From NCBI RefSeq assembly GCF_000341395.1, contig NC_020304.1:1860001-1892000 (forward strand): a DNA stretch of 32,000 nt, written 5' to 3'. The notes below the pieces were generated by a model that saw only the letters and a list, made by a program, of their open reading frames with translations, had not been told where the DNA came from and did not search any database. Made by a program: the position numbers and the translations under genes. This DNA is from Desulfocapsa sulfexigens DSM 10523. GTDB lineage: Bacteria; Desulfobacterota; Desulfobulbia; Desulfobulbales; Desulfocapsaceae. This document shows, in pieces, positions 25,876 to 32,000 of this stretch (position 1 is its first letter; each line of letters opens with the position of its first letter).

Positions 25876-28800
25876 ATGAAACCAATAGCAAATAATATCG
25901 AATCGGATGCACTTAAAGCTAACCTCTTGGAGACAGCTGACGAGGTGGTGCTCGATCCGGAATTGCAGCTTCTACTCGATGTGGTCAGCCGTTATAAGGG
26001 GCTTCATCATACTCTTGAAAATCTTCTGTATGAAATCTGTCATTCCTACCGAAACTGGAACATATTAATACCGCAGCTACGGAGTTTTGTTCTGAAAAAC
26101 GGTAACTACTATGTGCGTCATGAAAAGGGTCCGGAGGCCTTTACACTGTTTGGTGGACTGTTTGTTGCCGCGATGAAGGACTCTGAGAAAAACAGTAAAC
26201 TCCTTTCACAGATCATCGAATCACAGGTCGCCTGGGTGGCTAAGATGGTGAGCCTTTTTTCGGTGGACGATCTCTATCGTTTTCAATCTGCCCTCAATCA
26301 TTATTTTGAACAGCTTCTGGAACTCGATGATGGGGAGAGTCCCATTATGATGCATATCGTTCAGGGGCAGCATCCCATGAAGAAGCTGGCTACCTCTTTG
26401 CTTGCTTTTAGTGATAAAGGGGCGGCTGAGTTTGATTACCATCCCATGGCGGAGCTTATGCGGGCGATCCTTGTCCGCAATTATGATTACTGGCTGCATG
26501 AGGAGGATCCGCTTCCGTGGTTTCTCAGTCATTGTGGAGATCTCTGTGAGGATTTTCATTCAGGAAAATTGTTTTCTGCCATCTCCCATAAGGCCATGGA
26601 GAAAAATAAAGTAGCTGTAACCAGCATCGATACTCATACTGTGCCTGTGGACGCATTACGAGCCATCCTGGACCTGCCGGCACACGTTGACATCGTTCGC
26701 CTCTATAAGGAAATTCCTGCAAGGCTTGCCCAGGCAGATGAAGAGGAACTTGGGAAGGTCAAAGAGCAGGGCCTGCCATTGAATCGATTTGCTGAAAATC
26801 AGAAACTGCTGTTTCTTTTTCGGATCATGGATACCAGGGGACTCTATCTGATCCATGAAGAGACTCTGCGTGAGATCAATCGATCGCTTGTTCAACTTAT
26901 CAGGCTCCAGAACTTTGAGGAGATTGAAGAGTTTCTTCTCACTGCCTTTCAACTGTTGAAGGCAAATGTCAGGAAATATCCCCATACGTCCCTCCAGTGC
27001 ATTCAGGTACTTGGCGGGGAGGTCTTTCAACGGAAAAACGGACGGATGGTTGAGGCCTTTCTCTGGCAGGCGGTTCGTTTTGGCTTCCAATATGCTAACG
27101 TCATGGGGGTGGACGAAGATTGGCAACCCATAACCAATCCGGCCCATCTGGCAAATATCAGGGTCTGGTTGAATCTGATTATGCAGGAACCCAAATGGTG
27201 CGGTACTCTCTTTTCTGCACTTATCATCAATATTAGACTCTCAGGAACCTGCGTTAAGGATACAGACCTTTTTCAGCGCGATATCACCAAGCTGCTCAAT
27301 CATCCCATTGAGCCGGTATATAATCTCACCAAACAATTTACCAAGCTTATGCCTGTTTTTTTTAATGAAATCGGTGCAGAGGGAAATCTGAGGGAGGTGT
27401 CCACCGAGCTTGACGAGATCCATAAGCGCAGGGATTTGCTGATTCATTTTCTTCGTAAGCAGAGTCATGTGGAGAGTTCAAATCTGATTGTTGATTTTAT
27501 TCAGGCAATTTTTGTGTTCTGGCTGACCAAAAAGAAAAAAGTTCTTCAGCCTTTTCTTCCAGAAGAGGTGTACTGTGAGATAGCACTGGAAGGAAAATTC
27601 ATTGATGATCTGCACACCCTGGCATTACGTATTCAAAAGGATCTTGCTTTTTCTGCAAGTGATGACCTTCTCTCCTGGAGACAGGAAGAACGACAGAACT
27701 ACCTGGCGTCACAAACGGACCTTCCTCCTGCCGAGCTGCGGCGCTTTGATTTACTTGTCCAGATGTACCAACTTCTCAATCAGAAATATAACCTTGGCCT
27801 TCAAGAACTCCGTTCTGAGCTTGAAAATGCGGCCCAAGAGGGTTTCCCGGAGACGGCTGAATTGCTCGCTACACTAGAGAATTGTGGAACGATTCAGTGT
27901 GTGGAAGCCTTGCTCGAGACTCTCGAGGGACTGAAAGAAACAATTCTTTCACCTGATACCTTTGAGGCAAGGGAGGATATCTATTACAAACGGCATATTG
28001 CCGTTGATATCCCATCGGTTTATGGCAGATATCGTGAAAAGAAGTTTGACAGTCTCTCCTTAAGTTTCCGTCTCGAAAATCTTACTAATATTTTCCTGGA
28101 ACGCTTGCCAGAAACGGTGAACCTGTCAATTATTACCCAAGCGACATTCTATAGTATTGTTAAGTGTTTGAAGCTCTATCTTCGGGCTCTTCGAGTGGAT
28201 GGTATCTCCTCAAGACGGCTGGAAACCTATATTTCACTTCTTGAAAGTTCGTTGAAGATAAGGCGTTTTTCCTATACCCAGTATCTTGATATTTTTCGTG
28301 GTCTTTCCGATGGGGTTAAGGATGTCATCTATTCCTATTACACGAATATTCATCAAAACAATCTTTCCATAGTTATCCCGCAAATCGGGGCCAATAATCT
28401 GCTCACAAAATACAGGTCCCTCTGGCATGATGATGATAAGACAAATTCAATTCATAGCCTTTCGGAGGCTTTTTTAAGGGATCTGATAGCGACAACCTTT
28501 GGTCTCCAGCATCTCGATAATTTTATAACCAGAATCATTGGGACTCTGGAGAGTCAGAGGGATATTCTTGATGAACGTCGTCTCGATCTACTCATGACCT
28601 ATAATCCGGAACGTGCGATATCCGAGCTTCACAAAAGGAATCCCTATACGCACGATCTGATTCATCTGGGGAATAAGGGATACAATCTCGTTGTACTGAA
28701 CGATGATAAAAAACCGGTTCCACCAGCGTTTATCATTACCACTGAGATTTTTCGCTGTCGGGAAGTTATTTATGGTTTTGAGAAGGCACGCGATGATTTT

Positions 28801-30147
28801 ATGCAGCGTGTCCGGGAGTCACTTACTGAGCTTGAAAGATTGACAGGACGTGTTTTCGCAGCACCCAGGGATCCACTTTTACTCTCGGTTCGCAGTGGCG
28901 CTGCTGTGTCAATGCCGGGCATGATGGCAACGGTTCATAATGTGGGGACCAATGAGGAGTTGATAGAAGAAGCGGCCAGGGAATATGGCGATTCCTATCT
29001 GGCCTGGGACAACTACCGGCGTTTTCTTCAATCCTGGGCCATGACCTCGGGTGTTCCGAGGGAAGAGTTTCAGAAACTTATGAACGATGCCAAGGAAAAG
29101 TATAATGTTAGTCTCAAGGGAGATTTCTCCCCACAGCAGATGAAGGAGTTGGCACTTGAATATCAGAGGGTGGTTCGCAGGAAAGGTTTGGGTATTCCGG
29201 ATGACCCATGGTTGCAGCTTGTAACGGCAATTGAGATGGTTTTCGATTCCTGGGAGACGGATAAAGCATCGGATTATCGAAAAATAATGGATGTTTCTGA
29301 CTCATGGGGAACTGCTGTGATTGTGCAGGCGATGGTGTATGGAAACAAGAGCCAGTCCTCGGGTTCCGGGGTCCTCTTTACTGCCCATCCCTATCGCAAG
29401 GTTCAGCGCGTGGCGCTCTGGGGTGATTATGCCTATGGAGATCAGGGTGAAGATATCGTCTCGGGATTGGTGACCAGTTATCCCATCTCAGTGGAGCAGG
29501 CTCAACTCGATGGCAGAGCTGTGGATAAGACGCTTGAAGTGCGATATCCTGATATTTATCAGGAACTACTGAGCATTTCACGAGAGCTGGTCTATGATAA
29601 ACGCTGGAATCCGCAGGAAATTGAGTTTACCTTTGAAGGGCCAGATGCCAGTCAGCTTTTTCTCCTGCAGACCCGCGACATGATAACCATTAAAAAGCAG
29701 GAGCGCTTCCAGGTTTTTGCAGACGCGGTGGCTGTGGAGAAGGCGTATCTTGGTAAAGGTATAGGGGTTTCCGGTTCTGCACTCTCGGGTCGGGCGGTGT
29801 TTACAGAAGAAAATATTCGGGAACTCAGGCAGAGCGACCCTGGTACACCACTTATTCTGATTCGATCTGATACGGTGCCGGAAGACATAAAGGTCATCGA
29901 CATGGCAGATGGATTACTTACATCCAGAGGGGGGCAGACCTCGCATGCATCGGTGGTGGCGGTTCGTCTTGAAAAAAACTGCATTGTTGGTTGTAAGCAT
30001 TTAAAAGTATATGAAGTAGGGAAATATTGTGAAATTGGAGATTTTGTGATTAAATTTGGTGATCCTGTTTCTATTGATGGTCGTAGCGGTCAGGTGCTGA
30101 GCGGAATACATGAAACCCGTGAGGAAATGCATATCCTGCCAATTTAA
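25876..30147 (+). CDS. PEP/pyruvate-binding-domain (PPDK N-domain/ATP-grasp-like) plus PEP-utilising mobile (phosphohistidine) domain protein with a long unassigned N-terminal region
   Basis: 1423 aa. Near residues 930-1000: LGNKGYNLVVLNDDKKPVPPAFIITTEIFR; LSVRSGAAVSMPGMMATVHNVGTNEE (PPDK-like SVRSGA/SMPGMM). C-terminus: TVPEDIKVIDMADGLLTSRGGQTSHASVVAVRLEKNCIVGC...GQVLSG. No TIM-barrel PEP-binding domain follows. Confidence 0.85.
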   Translation: MKPIANNIESDALKANLLETADEVVLDPELQLLLDVVSRYKGLHHTLENLLYEICHSYRNWNILIPQLRSFVLKNGNYYVRHEKGPEAFTLFGGLFVAAMKDSEKNSKLLSQIIESQVAWVAKMVSLFSVDDLYRFQSALNHYFEQLLELDDGESPIMMHIVQGQHPMKKLATSLLAFSDKGAAEFDYHPMAELMRAILVRNYDYWLHEEDPLPWFLSHCGDLCEDFHSGKLFSAISHKAMEKNKVAVTSIDTHTVPVDALRAILDLPAHVDIVRLYKEIPARLAQADEEELGKVKEQGLPLNRFAENQKLLFLFRIMDTRGLYLIHEETLREINRSLVQLIRLQNFEEIEEFLLTAFQLLKANVRKYPHTSLQCIQVLGGEVFQRKNGRMVEAFLWQAVRFGFQYANVMGVDEDWQPITNPAHLANIRVWLNLIMQEPKWCGTLFSALIINIRLSGTCVKDTDLFQRDITKLLNHPIEPVYNLTKQFTKLMPVFFNEIGAEGNLREVSTELDEIHKRRDLLIHFLRKQSHVESSNLIVDFIQAIFVFWLTKKKKVLQPFLPEEVYCEIALEGKFIDDLHTLALRIQKDLAFSASDDLLSWRQEERQNYLASQTDLPPAELRRFDLLVQMYQLLNQKYNLGLQELRSELENAAQEGFPETAELLATLENCGTIQCVEALLETLEGLKETILSPDTFEAREDIYYKRHIAVDIPSVYGRYREKKFDSLSLSFRLENLTNIFLERLPETVNLSIITQATFYSIVKCLKLYLRALRVDGISSRRLETYISLLESSLKIRRFSYTQYLDIFRGLSDGVKDVIYSYYTNIHQNNLSIVIPQIGANNLLTKYRSLWHDDDKTNSIHSLSEAFLRDLIATTFGLQHLDNFITRIIGTLESQRDILDERRLDLLMTYNPERAISELHKRNPYTHDLIHLGNKGYNLVVLNDDKKPVPPAFIITTEIFRCREVIYGFEKARDDFMQRVRESLTELERLTGRVFAAPRDPLLLSVRSGAAVSMPGMMATVHNVGTNEELIEEAAREYGDSYLAWDNYRRFLQSWAMTSGVPREEFQKLMNDAKEKYNVSLKGDFSPQQMKELALEYQRVVRRKGLGIPDDPWLQLVTAIEMVFDSWETDKASDYRKIMDVSDSWGTAVIVQAMVYGNKSQSSGSGVLFTAHPYRKVQRVALWGDYAYGDQGEDIVSGLVTSYPISVEQAQLDGRAVDKTLEVRYPDIYQELLSISRELVYDKRWNPQEIEFTFEGPDASQLFLLQTRDMITIKKQERFQVFADAVAVEKAYLGKGIGVSGSALSGRAVFTEENIRELRQSDPGTPLILIRSDTVPEDIKVIDMADGLLTSRGGQTSHASVVAVRLEKNCIVGCKHLKVYEVGKYCEIGDFVIKFGDPVSIDGRSGQVLSGIHETREEMHILPI

Positions 30148-30181
30148 GCTTTTTAAATTTTTGTAAAATAGGGAGAATGGA

Positions 30182-30409
30182 ATGGCAAAAAAAGCAAAGA
30201 CAACAACACTGTTGAAGGGGCCAGCATTGTCCGCCTATGCCAGAAAGAAGGCCGCCGGACTTGGGCTTGATGGTAAAGGTTTGAAGCTTGCTGATCTTGT
30301 GTGGGCGATTCAGGAGAAGGAAGGTAACACAGCCTGTTTTAAAAAAGAAGAAACCTGTAACCAGACAGGATGCTGCTGGCAGCTTTCGTGTGGTGCAAAA
30401 ATGGGTTGA
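30182..30409 (+). CDS. Small SAP-like, Cys-rich protein (75 aa)
   Basis: MAKKAKTTTLLKGPALSAYARKKAAGLGLDGKGLKLADLVWAIQEKEGNTACFKKEETCNQTGCCWQLSCGAKMG. Good RBS (GGGAGAATGGAATG), 34 nt after the upstream gene. SAP-like LKLADLVWAIQ helix and a C-x6-C-x4-CC-x4-C tail. Confidence 0.65.
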   Translation: MAKKAKTTTLLKGPALSAYARKKAAGLGLDGKGLKLADLVWAIQEKEGNTACFKKEETCNQTGCCWQLSCGAKMG

Positions 30410-30471
30410 TCAGAAGGCAGATTTTATTTTGTATTAAAAAAAACTGCATATTACTCCTCTTTCTATCTGAT

Positions 30472-30515
30472 CTGCTCCATGCTCTGTTTTATGGCAACAT
30501 GGAGCAGTTTTTTTT
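30472..30515 (+). terminator. Rho-independent terminator
   Basis: CTGCTCCATG (30472-30481) / CATGGAGCAG (30498-30507), perfect 10-bp stem followed by 8 T. Confidence 0.85.
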
Positions 30516-30521
30516 CGTTAT

Positions 30522-30743
30522 TTATTTATGGCGACATACAGGCACGCCAAGTGCCTTTAAAATCAGCCCTAATGGGCAGAATTTGGTGAATCCAAACTGA
30601 AATAAGTTTAGGCCCACAAAGGCAGTTCCAAACAGCCAGTATTTGTGCATGAACAATGGATTACTGCCACAGTCGACACCAAGTGCCATTGTCAGTAGAA
30701 TGAAAAATCCAGCTATGGTGTGAATCCAGTCAGTTACTATCAT
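30522..30743 (-). CDS. DUF2892/YgaP-TM-like inner membrane protein
   Basis: 73 aa: DWIHTIAGFFILLTMALGV...WLFGTAFVGLNLFQFGFTKFCPLGLILKALGVPVCR; CPL...LKxLG signature of this family. Confidence 0.75.
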   Translation of the reverse strand: MIVTDWIHTIAGFFILLTMALGVDCGSNPLFMHKYWLFGTAFVGLNLFQFGFTKFCPLGLILKALGVPVCRHK

Positions 30744-30837
30744 AATGTTTGCCTCATAAAGAATTTATGCTGAGAATGGATATTATTTAAGGAAACCATA
30801 ATATAGCTTTGGATATTTGTCCAGCCCGGAAACTTAG

Positions 30838-31926
30838 TTATGAGAGTTTATGTCTCCTACGCTGACCTGTGCTGCTTTTTTTTATCCGGAAGAAATTGAA
30901 TGCTACGCAGAGCAGAATACCACCCCCCACTCCTAGAAAGAATTTTCCCCAGCCTGAGTCGTCCGTTGCGTCAGTTTTTTCCTGAAGCTGTTCTGTAGGT
31001 ACAGGGTCGGCCTTGCCGGTGGAGGGTGGCAAGGTATCTTGAACAACGGGTTCTGGAACAGTCGTTGTTGTTTCCGGTCTCGGTTCAATTTTTGCGAAGG
31101 CATTATTGAGGAGTGCTGTGGCTTGGGCATCTCTAACTTTTCGATCCTTGCTTCCCATAACAACGGCAATAAGACGAACTCCATTTCGTTTTGCCGTGGC
31201 AGCGATGGAGAAGCCAGCCTTGGTGAAGTACCCCGTTTTAAAGCCGTCACAACCGTCAAGCGTTTCGAGGAGATGGTTGTGGGTGCGCATGATAAATTCA
31301 CCGCCACGAAAGTCTCTCACTCTTGTTCCTGTATATTGAAAAACTTGTGACCGTTTACTTAATGCCTGGCAGAGGGTGGCAAAATCTCTTGCCGTTGTGA
31401 CATCAACCTCCTGGCCTTTTGCCGGTGGTAAACCGTGTACGGAGTGGAATGTGGTACTGTTCATACCCAACTCCCTGGCCTTCTCATTCATTAAAACAAT
31501 GAAGGCCTCTTTGGATCCAGCAACATGGCTGGCCAGGGCAACTGCTGCATCATTGGCCGATTGAATCATCAGAGCGTAGAGTAGTTCTTCCAGGGGAAAC
31601 TGCTCTTTGGAGTCAAGATATACCTGTGAACCACCCATTTTCGCTGCTTCCACTGTTACTGGAACTATCTCGTCCAGCTGCAGCGTTCCCGCTTCGATCT
31701 GATCAAGAATAACAAGAAGAACCATCAGTTTCAGGGTACTTGCAGGATATACTGCGACGTCTGCATTCCTGGAAAAAAGAACCTCACCATTATCTGCGTC
31801 AATTACAACGGCAGATGCATAGGGTTCGGCAGCCACAGTCTTAATCGCAGCACGTCCTGCCCATGATGTTTGACTGGTAAGAACAAAAATAAATGTACTG
31901 AGGATGATGTAGTTTTTTATTTGCAT
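30838..31926 (-). CDS. D-alanyl-D-alanine carboxypeptidase (PBP5/6, peptidase S11 family)
   Basis: SxxK as YPASTLKLMVLLVILD, SxN as MIQSANDAAVALA, KTG as GCKTGFTKAGFSIAA; signal peptide from Met at 31926; C-terminal TM anchor WGKFFLGVGGGILLCVAFNFFRI. Confidence 0.9.
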   Translation of the reverse strand: MQIKNYIILSTFIFVLTSQTSWAGRAAIKTVAAEPYASAVVIDADNGEVLFSRNADVAVYPASTLKLMVLLVILDQIEAGTLQLDEIVPVTVEAAKMGGSQVYLDSKEQFPLEELLYALMIQSANDAAVALASHVAGSKEAFIVLMNEKARELGMNSTTFHSVHGLPPAKGQEVDVTTARDFATLCQALSKRSQVFQYTGTRVRDFRGGEFIMRTHNHLLETLDGCDGFKTGYFTKAGFSIAATAKRNGVRLIAVVMGSKDRKVRDAQATALLNNAFAKIEPRPETTTTVPEPVVQDTLPPSTGKADPVPTEQLQEKTDATDDSGWGKFFLGVGGGILLCVAFNFFRIKKSSTGQRRRHKLS

Positions 31927-32000
31927 GATTTTAATAGGTTGTTTTTGGATAATCTGATATCTGTACTGGGTTTGAAAAGTTTTAATCAATGCTTCATTGA

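Noticed and set aside
1-32000. CRISPR arrays, tRNA/rRNA genes, transposases, phage or toxin-antitoxin/defence modules
   Set aside because: No regularly spaced repeats, no tRNA cloverleaf or rRNA-like stretches, and no matching protein motifs were noticed; nothing supportable.

Overview
Bacterial chromosomal window that looks like a Desulfobulbales-type deltaproteobacterium (taxonomy is an impression from protein sequences, not tested). It is mostly conserved housekeeping content on both strands. In order: bamD (partial) - trxB - trxA (-); hemL, atpZ/atpI-like - subunit I - atpB - atpE (+); a nucleoside phosphorylase - rimO (+); HU/IHF - rluB-like - ubiD-like - small ORF - YjbQ - glycine-zipper lipoprotein - cbpM - cbpA - MFS - 5'-nucleotidase-like - small membrane protein - exported ankyrin protein - VIT1/CCC1 transporter - GNAT - membrane protein (-); aroK/aroL - aroC - glgA-like - gap - 1423-aa PPDK-like protein - small SAP-like Cys-rich protein (+); DUF2892-like and a D-Ala-D-Ala carboxypeptidase (-). 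I see no rRNA, tRNA, CRISPR array, transposase or phage module. The observations most worth follow-up are: (1) a 1423-aa protein with an ATP-grasp-like and a phosphohistidine swivelling domain but no PEP/pyruvate TIM barrel, paired with a 75-aa Cys-rich protein between two terminators; (2) a GT5 glycogen-synthase-like protein in which the conserved KTGGL loop reads GAGGV, encoded in an aro operon; (3) a ~195-bp foldback element at 16621-16816; and (4) an exported ankyrin-repeat protein. No clearly new defence or mobile system is supported.
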